From NCBI GenBank assembly GCA_043228905.1, contig JBHGNT010000005.1, positions 4,216,001 through 4,280,000 of the forward strand: a stretch of 64,000 nt of DNA, in the 5' to 3' direction. The notes under the pieces were generated by a model. That model searched no databases. It saw only the letters and a program-made list of their open reading frames with translations, and was not told the DNA's origin. How positions within the stretch are numbered: position 1 is the first letter of the stretch; every line of letters begins with the position of its first letter. The position numbers and the translations under genes were made by a program. Shown here one piece after another: positions 12,043 to 25,381 of the stretch. This stretch comes from Azolla caroliniana. Its lineage: Eukaryota > Plantae > Polypodiophyta.

Positions 12043-15000
12043 CTCTATGGGGGGGGAAAAAGAGGGGCTCTTATTGAGAAGAAAAGCAAGCTTTTCATTC
12101 AGTTAAGGATAGATAGTGTGTGATGGGGAGCCAGCAATTTGATGGATTTGTTGGATATGGTGGGGATAGAGACACGGGAAACATGGTTTCTTGGGTGGGC
12201 GCCACACCCACCCCCCGCCCGCCCGTAAACTGAACCAGATGCCAATCACGCAACCTCGAATCCATCGTAGCTTCTTTATCCATATCTTGCAGGGAGACAT
12301 CACAGAAACATTTCCTTGCTCTGGGCATGCGAAATCAATGCCCCATGTGTGAAACGGGTGAGTGATAGTCATTACCGATTTCACTCGGTGTTTGGGCCTG
12401 GGTCTAGGTCCGTGGGTGGAGGAGATATCACCCAAATGCTTCTCAATTTGCAACCATTACATTTTTCGTACTAGCCCATATCATGTAGCTTTGGGTCGAG
12501 CTTGCGTTCATTACAAGTTTTCCCTCTCTGCTTACAAATAAATCCTCGTAGTCTTTTGTTTGAGACGGCGGTTGTTTAGTTTCTGACAACTTAATACACA
12601 CTCCGTTCGGCATCTAACCTTCAACAATTGGTTTACTCTCCTCACCCGCCGTGCTGAACCCTCCCGTATGGTTGTTCGTGAAGTACTTCGAATGGTTGAC
12701 CGTGGTAACAAATATATTGACATGCAATGTGTTAATGTAGGTAATCTTTTGAAGAATGGGAGGTTATGTCCAAAATATATTGCATTTGGGCTGGTTGCAT
12801 GTGCATCCACACACCTTCATGATAATTCCCTTACATGGGTTTTATAAAGATGCTTCTAGGAGTTACGTAAGTTGGCATTTGTATAGATTAAGCTAATGGT
12901 CACATCCATTACTATGGTGAACGAATTACAATCCTCACAAGGAAGTGGACACCTCGGAGTTATATTCTTGTGTGTACGTACCGTATAGGAAGATCCATGT
13001 GAATATGATGATCTCTTTATCATTCAAGAAAATTGATTTATGAAGAGAGACAACGTGTTTTGAAAGTTGGTATACTTAATTCCATCATGTGTTATACTAT
13101 GGATACCATTTTCTTTTGCGTCGACAAACTAATGTATATTGTGCACCATGTGCTATTGAAAAAATTACATCTTCATTTTAATGAAAAAACTTGTTACCTA
13201 AATTGTATACCATCTAATGCCTTGCCACATTTTCTCTCTTGGATCCTCCCAAAAGTGCATGCTCCTTCAAAAAACTCATTATATATAATGCAAAGTATGC
13301 ATATCACTTTATATTCACAACCTTCCGGTTGGATTATTTAGCCCCAAACATAAACAACGGGTAGTAATGTGTGTTTATGTATTGCAAGCTTAATCTTTTG
13401 CAAAATGGCGAGTTCCTTTGTTGGACACAAATGCAACATGATAGTCAAGCATCCCAAATAACAAACAAACTACATACAACCTGCCATCCTACCATCACAC
13501 TTAAGATATCATAAAGAAATTTATGTGTGTAAAAATGTATATGTGTTGAAACAATTTTTCAATTGTTGCGAATCACTTGCGATAATGTGTTGGTTGGGTT
13601 ATGATACAAAATGATATGGCATCAATAAAAAATAATGCCTTGATGGTAGGCATCTACCCAAATTTCAACCATGATATGTTTGTCTTAGGATGAATTCACG
13701 TGTGATAAGAAACATTCAACAAAATTGCTCGCTTGCTCACAATAGGAAGCATGTATAGAAAATATTAAGATAATTCATTTTACACAATGTTTAAACCTTT
13801 ATACATTGCACGAAAAATGGAACACAAGTTATAACTTAGTATTCACTCATTTAGGAGTACATGTCACTGACAAAAGCATCCAAATGCTTTAATAACATGA
13901 CACATATGATTGATGAATGTAAATTCCCATTGTTTCATTTATTTTCCACAAAAATGTCAACAATAGATTATCGAAGATGTTTAGCACTAGTTGAAGAGGA
14001 CTACAACTAATCAAAATGGCATACTTAAGATGAGCACGATAAAAAAAGCAGCCAATAAATTTCCTCACTACTAAGACGAAGATGATAATTAGGTAAGATG
14101 TGATTTGCATTACAAGAATGAACTTTGTGTAGCCTTAGAAATCCTTGTTTCCAACTTACACTCTAAATCATAATCTTTGCCTTCCTACTAATGTCTATTT
14201 TTTTTTTTTGCCTTTCAACGCAAATACAAATACTTGTGAGGGGTTGAATCACACAAATGGATTTGGTGCATCCTTTCATTACGAGTGCAAGTGTCCCTTT
14301 TAGAGCATGGAAAGGGTGGGTAATTATAGCCGTAGTGTAATCTATTGGCAATGCATAACGAATACGATATATAGAAGTTGTACTTGACCACGTTTATCAC
14401 ATAATATATATGAAAAACAACCGTGCAATCATGGCACTTGCCATGTTATTGTGTGTGAAGCATGTTGTTCTTAGTTGTGTCCACATGTGCAAGTTTTGAT
14501 TGGGTAGGGGGTTGAGGCCTAAGTGTGCACGGGAAGTTTAAAAAAACCTTAAAAAGGTAGCATACATTTGTATGAGGGTTAGGGTCAAGCTAAAATGGAA
14601 TGTTATTAGCGAGGGAATATAAAAGATGAGGGTCAATTTGAAGGCATCTTTAGGATTGTGGATAGGCCCTAGGCCCCTACCCTTTTCCCCTATTTGTACT
14701 AATGGCCCTTGTCTTTGACCACAATTTAATGTTTGTCTTTCTCTCTATCTCATGTTGCCACAAAAATAGTCGACAACGCATAATTAAAACCATGCCAGGC
14801 CATTCCATTAATCCCCGTCTTTATTCCCACCTAAGTTGTGCTATTAGTATATTGCTAATAAATGATGAACCCTCATACAAATTAGGTCCAAATGGGAAGA
14901 AGGAGATCGTACAGACTAAAATAATCTACCAAACAAAGTTCGAGATGAAAAGCTTCTCCTAATCATGCCAATGCCACACATCATACAATCGAGAGAATGC

Positions 15001-15281
15001 TTCATTGCGACTCGTTGTTGGGAATCAACTAATTGCCAAAGCATTCTAATTGTGCAACATTGTCTAACTATGTCCTTTGCCAACCTGGAAACAAATTTTA
15101 CTATGTAACACTTGCATTATTGCTTGGGATGGAGCGACTTCTCCATCCACGGAAGTTAGGTTATATAATCTCTATTATCACTTTTGGGATCTTATCGTTC
15201 AAACGGGGCAAATGTTGATCCACGTATGCATCACACAGAGCTACGTACGAGACTGCATGGCTGCCTCGAGGGGCAGTGTCC

Positions 15282-15781
15282 TCGAAGCTCCAGAGAGAGA
15301 CAAACAATAAGAGGTGCGAAGTCACATCGGAACTCTTCATGGAATACCAGAGAGACAGAACCAAAGTGTTCTATAAAGCAAGTGTAACATGCTATATGTG
15401 ATCTATACGCATTTGGCACTGTGGGTCGACCATGAGTAGGAAGGTTTATGTGATGGTATCAGGGAGGCAAGAAAAAGAGAGGGAGTGATCGAATGAACGA
15501 GGCATGCGCGCACACGGACAGACAAACACACACACACACACACACACTCTCTCTCTCTCTCTCTTTCTCTCCCCAAGAGTAAGTAAGAGAGGGAATGAAG
15601 CCTTTCAACACAAATGAGTGTGTGTTGAAACTTGAGACTTGAGTCATAGTGACTCATCACAACATATAACAAAAAACCAAACTCTCTCTCTCTCTTTTCT
15701 TCTCCTTCCCTCTTTCATTTTGCTCTCTCTCTCTCAAAACCAAACTCTCTCTTTTCTTCTCCTTCTTCCCTCTTTCATTTT

Positions 15782-15855
<74 letters not shown>

Positions 15856-16190
15856 CTTCTCCTTCTTCCCTCTTTCATTTTGCTCTCTCTCTCTCTCAAA
15901 ACCAAACTCTCTCTTTTCTTCTTCTTCCCTCTTTCGAAGCTCCAGAGAGAGACAAACAATAAGAGGTGCGAAGTCACATCGGAACTCTTCATGGAATACC
16001 AGAGAGACAAAACCAAAGTGTTCTATAAAGCAAGTGTAACATGCTATATGTGATCTATACGCATTTGGCACTGTGGGTCGACCATGAGTAGGAAGGTTTA
16101 TGTGATGGTATCAGGGAGGCAAGAAAAAGAGAGGGAGTGATCGAATGAACGAGGCATGCGCGCACACGGACAGACAAACACACACACACA

Positions 16191-16244
<54 letters not shown>

Positions 16245-16454
16245 CCCAAGAGTAAGTAAGAGAGGGAATGAAGCCTTTCAACACAAATGAGTGTGTGTTG
16301 AAACTTGAGACTTGAGTCATAGTGACTCATCACAACATATAACAAAAAACCAAACTCTCTCTCTCTCTTTTCTTCTCCTTCCCTCTTTCATTTTGCTCTC
16401 TCTCTCTCAAAACCAAACTCTCTCTTTTCTTCTCTTTCTTCCATCTTTCATTTT

Positions 16455-16492
<38 letters not shown>
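15282..16492. repeat. ~652-bp tandem duplication with CA/CT microsatellites and internal subrepeats, upstream of the NT-C2 gene
   Basis: 'tcgaagctccagagagagacaaacaataagagg...' starts at 15282 and 15934. The copies are near-identical apart from SSR lengths and a few substitutions. Confidence 0.95.
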
Positions 16493-16494
<2 letters not shown>

Positions 16495-16786
16495 ATTCCG
16501 AGGGTCAATGGCGCCCCAGAATGGACGAGTCCTCACAGACCTCTCTCAGAATCGGAAACTGAACAGAAACCCATCTCCAGAACCCTCGAAGGACTAAAAG
16601 CATTCGTGCCTCAAGTGGCTCGAAACCGATCAGAATACAGCTTAAACCCAGGGTTAATCCTTCATCGCCTCTCGAATAATCAGCGCTTCCACTCGTTCGT
16701 TTGATCCAAAATCAGGTCTTCTGCCGTCTTCAAATCTCTCAACCTCTTGATTTGATTAGAACCAAGCTTTTCTGTGATCTAAAGCC

Positions 16787-19700
16787 ATGGTTTTAGGGCT
16801 TGGATCGAGATCTAAGAAGGATAAAGCCATGGTTTCTATGGAGCTAGCACAGTTAGAGGTTCATCTTTCTGAAATCAAGCCATGGAAAATGAACTATTAT
16901 CAGTCTAAGTCCAAGTTCATGGTTCTGAGCTGGAGCAGAGGAGAGAAAAACATTGGAAGCAGTAAAAACCTACCCATAGACCTAATTCGAGACCAGAGCA
17001 AAGGTGAGAGAATCAGAGTAGATGAATCATTTCGTATGTCTTTTGCACCAAATTTAGATGTGTTAAAACGGGCAAAGAAAGTATTAAGAGATCAAGAGTT
17101 GGATTGCCCTCTTGTTTTCAATCTCTTTGATTGTGATAATATGAAGCATCCTTTAGCACAGACAACATTGGATATGCTATCTTTAACTTCAATAACGGAT
17201 CATAAGGATCTTGCAATACCTTTTGCTTTCTCGAAGAATGTGGCGAAAGGTAGTGTTGCATATCTTCATCTTAGTGTTGTAATTCATATTTCGGGGTCAG
17301 GAAATGCCCATCATGGTTTAGATGAAGTTCGAACGTCCTTCTCGGGAAAATCATCCTCTCCTATCATGCCATTGGATCAAGCTACACAACAAGCATTGGT
17401 AGCAGCACTGTTGAGTGATGATGATAATGATAATATGGGTATAGAAGCGTTTACTGATGATGAAGATGATGATACAAGGAAGAAGGATCATGTTAATATT
17501 GTTGAGAAAGGGGTGCATAAAGCTTCGTGGATCTCCCCCACAGCTCAAGTGAAGCAGTCAATCCAATCAAAAGTGGAGGTGAGCTCTCACAATCATGTAT
17601 TTCGTCATGACACCAGATTTTTAGGACAGCTTTATTGGTATTTTCATGGGTGGTTTACATGGTGTGAACATCACTATAGCTAATAGTCCAGTGATAGTTT
17701 TCCATCCTAGAAAAGCTAGGGTTATTCTATTTCTGGTGCTATATAGGCGTACTGTTAGGTGGTGAAGTATAGAGCTCCTTGGATTTCTGCAGATTCAATC
17801 AGCAATGGAGGTGAGTTTTTAGTACACAATCATGCATTTTGTTACAACTGTCTAATACCACTATATTAATAGTCCTAACAGATTGCGAAAGTGGGCAGTA
17901 AAGATTCATATATTTCTGTAGCTCAGCGAGTCATTCCAATTGTCCAATTGACTCTGGAACCAAACTTTGTAATCATGCATTTTTTAACACCAGTGGTATT
18001 TTATGGTAGACAACTGTGAGGGGTTAGGGCTCCTCAATGACCTAACACCACTATAATTAATGACTTAACGGTATAATTTCCAAAGCGCGAAAGAATCCAA
18101 TCCTGTCAACATCAGTAACTGTCCAAGAAGAGCTTGAGAAAGTGAACATTATAAATTTCCATAGCTCAAAAAATCATATCTAATCAACATCAGGTGTCCA
18201 TTGAAATCATGCATTTTGTTATGAGACCAATACTTAATATAGATTTACTAGTGCGGGTCACCAGACTAGGGCTGAGGGTGACCAAGCACCACAACGATAG
18301 ACGGCCCAAGAATATGCTGACAAATGGAAATTGAAGTTTCATGAAATTCCATAGCTCCGAGGAAGCTGATTCAATCAAAATTGGATGTGAGATTTTGTAG
18401 GCAAGTAGGCAACCATGCATTTTGTTATGGTACCAGATGACTAGAGTTCAGGGGCAAGCTCTATGGTGTGAACTCCAGTATATCTAATAGTTCAGTAATA
18501 GTAGTGAATTATTGCAGCCTTGCAAAAGTTGTCATGACACTAAATGACTAGGGTTCAGGAATGACCTGTGTGGTATGGACTCCACAATATCTAATAGTCC
18601 AAATAATTCATAGAGAGCCATGAAAAGCTAGGGTTAATATATCGATCTTCTGACATTAGGCATCATATGTAGGTTTGTAGTTGTGTGATGAATACCTATC
18701 TGGTACACATTTTTTTTTGTGGCACTGATGAACCTTTGCATATATTACGTTAATCAATTAATCAAGAATGCATAAAAAAAGTTAATCACATATTCAAACG
18801 TTTAACTACTTAATAGCTATTGAAACATACTGGCAGACCACACATGCACATAGGGGAAATATGTTGTAAGTAAAGGATTTATGTTGTATGTAAACTGGAC
18901 TAAACCTCCATTAATAGTTCTATAATTTGCACAAATGTCGATTGATGCACAGAGTCAAGGAATGGATGCTAAAGATTCAAACTCTTCTATTCCACGGGCA
19001 TTGTCTACTACTAAAGCAGCTGCTATTGCAGCCTCTACTGCATACAGTAGAAAACACTCCTTTGTTTCAAGGAACTCATTCATTGATGAGTCTTATGAGA
19101 CCGATCTTGATAGTGCTGGAGAAGATGATATGTTTGGCTATAATCCCCTTGAAGCAGGATCACACGAGAAAACTGTAGCGAAAACTAAAGGTAGTCCTGC
19201 ATGGGACAGCCCTAGTTCTAAGGAAAATTTTCACCTCGTAACAAGTGCAAATGATATGGTTGCCTCCATCAGTAGACCAAAATCATCTTCGGATTCAAAC
19301 AGTGCTCATGAGAAGAAAATGTCTGCTACTGAAAAGATGGTAAAGGTGGAAGAAGTACCTTCTAGGCACTTAACAATATCAGAGGGCTCAAACACCTCGA
19401 ATATGGCCAAGCAAAGCTCTTATGGTAATTTGGAACAAAGGGCAGTTTCGAAAGCAGAGGCCAACCATAAGTTTCTAAAGATAGATAGTTCTAAACATAA
19501 ACTCGAGATAAAAGAATCCCAGTTAGGTTCCACAAACCAAACGTCAAAAGTAGTTGAGGATAAGCACCAGAAAAGGAACATAACTGGATTCCGGACAAAT
19601 GGTTTACCAAGATCTTCAGTCAAACAGAAAGATACCGAAGAAGCCAAGGCACAGGTTTCTTGGAGTCCAGATCAAACAAAAGGAAAGGCAGTCGAGAGTG

Positions 19701-22700
19701 CAGGTCAAGATGCAAAGATTCTTACAAGCACAATAAAGGAAATAAAAGGAAAGGCCTCTAGAAGTCCAGAAACTGGCGATGAGAGAGATAAAGTGGATAG
19801 GAGAGCGCAGCATCTACAGATTGAAATTGATGATTTGAAAGGGGAGCTTAGTGATCTTGCTACGATAGAGGCTGCTATATATTCAACTACTGCTGAACAT
19901 AGTAGCTCTTCTTTCAAGCTTCATGCTCCAGCACGGAGGTTTGCACGGACATATGAACATACTTATAAACGTTGCAGTCAAGAGAGAAGGGCAAGTTGTG
20001 CGAGAAATATTGTTTCGGGCCTTGTTTTAGTTGCGAGAGCTTGTGGAAATGATGTACCGAGGTTGTTAAAGCAGCCTTTTTTTCTTACTTTTCCATCTTT
20101 GCTTTGGTGCTTCTTTATTTTTCACCATTAAGGTTGAGAACTTATTTTCTAGGTTAACCTTCTGGTGGTCTAATACTGTTGTTTTGAGAGAAATGATCTC
20201 AAGAACATTCAATATTTTTCTACCGAAAGCAGAAATATCGATGTCCACGGATTCACAAACAAAGAAAACCCAGTCTGCAAGGCTTTTTGTTGATGCGAAT
20301 TCCCGCCAACTAAAACCAAAAATACCCATGCCTGTTATGCTTAATTTTGACTGGAAAGAACCTACTACGTTCATGGCTGCTTTGGAACGTTTGGAGGGAT
20401 GGATTTACAGCAAAGTTATGGAATCAATATGGTGGCAGGTTTGTTATCTCAAGGCCATTGATTGATATTTGCTCGTTTATCTAGATATTTGAGGTTGAAG
20501 TATCTTGTTGTTGTCCAATGTAGATGATAGGCTCTTTGAAGTTCTAAACCAAATGTAGCTTTGTGGTAGCTATGCATTTTCTAATGCCCATTTGATTAAA
20601 CCAGTTATTGTGAATCCAATTAGAAATCATTATGAAACATGATCCACGAACCAGAAATATTGTTTTTTGATTTTCCAAAATGCAAAGGGGTTTATGTTTG
20701 ACTTTAGGATACATTTTTGATGCGGATGGATAAATGCTACATTAGGATTATGGGTTATTGCCACTTTTAATGATGAGTTCAAAGTTAGCCTATAGTTTTT
20801 TAGAGGATGGATAAGCAGTCATTCTAACACCACCTAAGGTGGTTTCTCACTTTTGTATTGCCTTAGGATGAGAAAGTTTCTTTTCATTTGAATATTCTCA
20901 CTTCTGCGACAGGCTGGTTGGGTGTTAGAGTCAATCTTTTGTTTGAGACGGTAATATCTATATATTGCCGTAATAACAGATGAATTTTCCTTTACTGGAG
21001 GTGATCACCATCAAGAGTCATAAAATTCAACTTTTGCTCTTGGATGGTCTGGAAAATTCCACTGGAAATTGGAGTTGTCATTTAAGTGATTCTGCTTGTT
21101 TCGATCATAATCATTTGAATTTTGGATTTCATTCAGATTATGATTGCTTACAGCTTCATTAGGCATATTTCTTGACACAATGAATTTAGATATCTGAGCG
21201 GTCATATATTGGAGGTTAAAGCTTAAACCAAAGGGAAAATAGTGGGAATCAGGTGGTCATTTTGGGGGTTTTGGTGCAGTAAATATTAGCTAATTTTCAT
21301 CAGCCGTCATCAGGGTCAATTTTATTTGTTTTTGGATATGACTAAGAATTCATTGATCAAAATCTTCAGTAGAATTGTTTCTTAATACAAAGAATATGCT
21401 GCTTATGAACAGTCATATATTGTTCAGTAAAAAAGAGTTTACAACATTGCAGGTGTTAATCCCACAGATGCAGCAACAATTCTCTGATAGTTCATCCCAT
21501 GTTCAAAATAATGGAGATGCTGTTATTGAAGTCGAAGAGGACAAACAAGGAAATATTTCTGTGGATATATGGAAAAAGGCATTCCTTGAAGCTTATGACA
21601 GACTATGTCCTGTTCGAAGGCTGGATGTCAAGTGTGGATGCTTACCAATGCTAACTAAAATGGTAAAAGTTTTACAATCTTAGCCACAACATAAATAGAT
21701 TGTATACTAGATGTGAGGCTGATCTTGGATGTTGGATTTCCTATTTATGAAAGAGGGATATATAGAGGGTGTCACTGGTGATGATGTTACTGATCAATAT
21801 GGCGTAACCATTGCAACTCACAGAATAACAAAGAAGATTCAACATAATAATGTAGAGTAATGTTTCAAATGCCAGTACTTGATAAAGAACAAATGAGATG
21901 CTGGAAACTGAATGGTGATGAAATGTTGGAAACTAATTCAGCATCAGTATTCCCTTTTGCACAAAAATGACTTAGTGATTTTGAAGACAATGCGATGGGC
22001 AAGCTAAAATTAGATAGGGCAGTTTATGTAGAGTTAATGATTAGGTAGGGAAGTGTTTTATGTCTAACCTCTTGTTTCTGTAGACATGGAGAATGGAAAT
22101 GTTTTATTATTTCATCCTTTTTCTGGTGGGGTTTTGGTGTTCAGACTGTTTTATTATGCTGATATCATTGTTGATAATATATGAGAACCCAAAGTCTGAT
22201 TCAGGGAATTCTTCTTGTAAATGGATAAGTCCAGTCATCTTATGAGTGTAGGTTGCCAACGTATTTTCAAGTCCAGGTCAGTGAGTTCCTGGAGCATTGA
22301 TGGCATGCCATTTTGTTTTTGTATTTTCTTGGGAGAAATCATGTAGCTATAGTCATAATAATCATGCTATCCATGTGACCTTAAAGTAATGGTGTTTGCT
22401 CTTTCATGTTGAGGTTTTGGGTATTTTGTTCCTGAGCTTTTACTCTCAGAGTGACAGTTAATCTGAGACTTCTATATATAGACATACAGAACCTTACTCG
22501 TGCTTCTTTTTCATCATATAGGTTTTGGAGACATGTGTGGCTAGGGTGGATATTGCAATGTTCAATGCAATTCTTCGTGATAGTGAAGCTCCCACTGATC
22601 CTATTTCTGATCCCATTACTGATTCTCGGGTTTTGCCAATTCCTACAAGGACTATGAGCTTTGGCACTGGTGCCCAACTGAAGAATGCGGTATACATTGT

Positions 22701-23612
22701 GTTAAAATTATTCTCTTCTAGCTTAATCAAGTTTAGGAACCATTATAATCCATTCAATAAATTTCCATCACGATAATGCAGGTTGCTTCTTTATCTGGAT
22801 GGCTTTTTGCTGTGATAATAAAGGAAAATGACAGTGCTATATTGAGCACATTAGAAGAAGATGAAACAACCAGAGGCATGTTCCCTTTGCTGAAAGCGGT
22901 CGGTGGGCTTTTGATGCTTCCAAAGGATATGCTTATGGATGAGTCAGTCAGAGAAGAGGTAGTTAATTTTTCTGGTGTTCGTTATTGTTTAAGAAACGTT
23001 TTCTTTTCTTGATTTCTCATGAAGTATTTCCCCATGTTTTTCATTATAAAGGTATGCCCAGCTTTGAGTTTAGCTCATGTGGGGAAGATTCTTTCGAGAT
23101 TCAGTCCTGATGAATTTTCTCCAGAGCCTGTGACAACAGAGCTGTTGGATGCGTTAAGTTCTGAAGTAAGTTATAGACAGCATACATATTTTTCCAGTCT
23201 TTTTTTCTTTTCAAAGTTAAAGAAATTTATGAAAGTTTAATTGACTTTTTGGATTCCATTTATTTTCTGACTGGGTTTCTAATTATAACAGGTGGGAGAT
23301 ATGAACGAGAATGTTGTCTTGGCACCGTCTCTTATATATTCTCCTCCTGATGCAGGGATGGTTAGGCATGTGATATCTGATATTTTAGGTGGCAACAATA
23401 AGAGAATTGTAAGAAAGGGCCACTCAAGTGATGATGAGATAGAGGAACTTGAGTCTTCAATATCATGGCTTTTTGATAATACCGAGGGATTGACTACCAG
23501 GAGCTATACAAAGTATAATGTCGCCACTAATGGAAACGTTGCAACTACCATCTCCAGCAACGGACGACCAAATTGTCGGTTTCGATTACTTCGTGAAATT
23601 TGGGTTCCTTGA
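16787..23612 (+). CDS. NT-type C2 (EEIG1/EHBP1 N-terminal) domain protein with conserved plant C-terminal domain (At3g01810/At2g42320-like family)
   Basis: Exons: 16787-17578, ~18953-20061 (acceptor uncertain), 20153-20438, 21453-21662, 22522-22689, 22782-22958, 23052-23165, 23292-23612. Motifs: MVLGL..VHLSEIKPW, EAAIYS..EHSSS.KLHAPARR, ARACGNDVPRLTFWWSN, MESIWWQ, RLCPVR..CGCLP, MFNAILR..PTDPISDPITDSRVLPIP..SFGTGAQLKNA, LLMLPKDML, RFRLLREIW. Confidence 0.9.
17520..18640 (+). repeat. Degenerate tandem array derived from the exon1/intron1 boundary of the NT-C2 gene
   Basis: About 5-6 units share 'atttcc(a)tagctc...aatcatgcattttgtta...cactatatctaatagtcc'. The first unit overlaps the end of exon 1. 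Confidence 0.7.
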
Positions 23613-24832
23613 AATTTAATGAACAAGGACATGTATAAAATATTTTCACATAAAATCTAGTTCTTCTATATCATTGATCCCAAATTTTATTTGTATGGGA
23701 ATGAACAATGGCATATCAATACTATGTGAATGTTAAGACAAGCTTCCGTCAAAATCTTGCTGTTATAGTTGTCTTCAAATATGTTTGATCTCAAACTTCC
23801 TGAGAAATTGATTAACCCTTCCATGAGGGAATGCATAACTAGATATGGTTGTTACTACATACCCTTAATAATCGTCCTTGTCTGTTGAGGAATGAGGAAA
23901 AAATCAGCATCTGTTCATGTGCAACCGATACATATAGGGACACATAGGGAAGCAAAGTCTAGCCATGCGTGGCTCGACACCCTGTCCACAACTTTTAAAT
24001 GAAATTCCATCACTCAAGGGCTATGACTAGAATATGATAGCATCCTTAACCATAATATGACCACATATTATCTGAGCAAATTTCTAATTACAGAACCTCC
24101 TAAGGATGCAATGCAAGCAAACATTAATGAAGATTAGATACTTGACCAAAGAAGATGTATAGAGATGTAATGCAAGACATTATCGCCTATGGAAAAGCAA
24201 AGCCCTTGACTGCTTAAGAATGAATAGTCAAGGGTGTAAGCAAGATTTTATGTTGTAAAGCACAAAGTGAAAGCATTACCTTCACACAAAATATAAGGGA
24301 CATTTGATGTCCGAACAAATTATTGTGAATAAAATCATAAAGTTACCTTTTTAATGCTGAAATTCAAAATAGAAGCATATTGGTGCTATGGTAAAGCAAT
24401 ATCAAGGCTGTGTACATAAACAAGCTTGGAGTCAGGAGCAATCATCATGTCACACCTATTGCATGAATGAGGAATGGCCAGTTATAATGCATGTTATGCT
24501 TCTTCTCACAAATATGGTTTTACAACATAACATTAATGGTCATTTCCCCATACTTGGTAATAGAGAAATCTTGTATTGTGTTATTGGCCAAGCTACCAAA
24601 GTTGTAACAAAGCTCGTTGATAGAATGAGACCCATAGGAAGTCAGTTGATACTTGTGCTCCGATGGAAATTAATAGACTTTATCCAAATTAAAATTTCTA
24701 TCAACTGAACAAAATTATAATCAGAGGAGAATAGTAGCCTATAGAGTATACCCCTTAATACAAATAAGGCTTTGTGAGAGACTTGAAGATTCACAAGGCA
24801 CACGAAGCTATGAGAAAAGTTTGATATCACTC

Positions 24833-24997
24833 AATATCACTCATAAGCTTAATTAAAATGGGGCAAATTAACATGTTGCAACAGAAGGGCAAAACAAAGG
24901 GTCAATCTACAATTAATATCACTCATAAGCTTAATTAAAATGGGGCAAATTAACATGTTGCAACAGAAGGGCAAAACAAAGGGTCAATCTACAATTA
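24833..24997. repeat. Perfect 82-bp tandem duplication between the convergent NT-C2 and NDA genes
   Basis: 'aatatcactcataagcttaattaaaatgggg...gtcaatctacaatt' occurs at 24833 and 24915. Confidence 0.95.
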
Positions 24998-25381
24998 TTT
25001 CCAATAATTTAAAAGTTTACATTCCCATTACAAAGGAATATATATACACTTAGAAAGATGTTGCCTTTAGATGTCACAGAATTTCTTGTTTCAAATTCTT
25101 GCTTTTATTATGGTTTGACATATGAAAACAATCTTACAACATCCTTGAGGAATCCCTAGGTTGAGGAACTCTAGTGGGTGACGTACAAAACTGCCATATT
25201 CAAGTATTGATAAAAAAAGTTTATCTCAGAGCCAAACTTATTTTAGTGTCATTGTTTTTTTGGGTCCACTCCATTTAGCAATGACTATTTATGACATTCA
25301 TACGTACATTCTTGGCTACTATCTTTAAATTGATATTGAAACCCAGGCACCATATTAGATATTGAGAAGTTCATTGACGCC

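Noticed and set aside
15403-16704. Numerous ORFs rich in ERER/LSLS
   Set aside because: They are translations of CT/GA microsatellites inside the tandem duplication.
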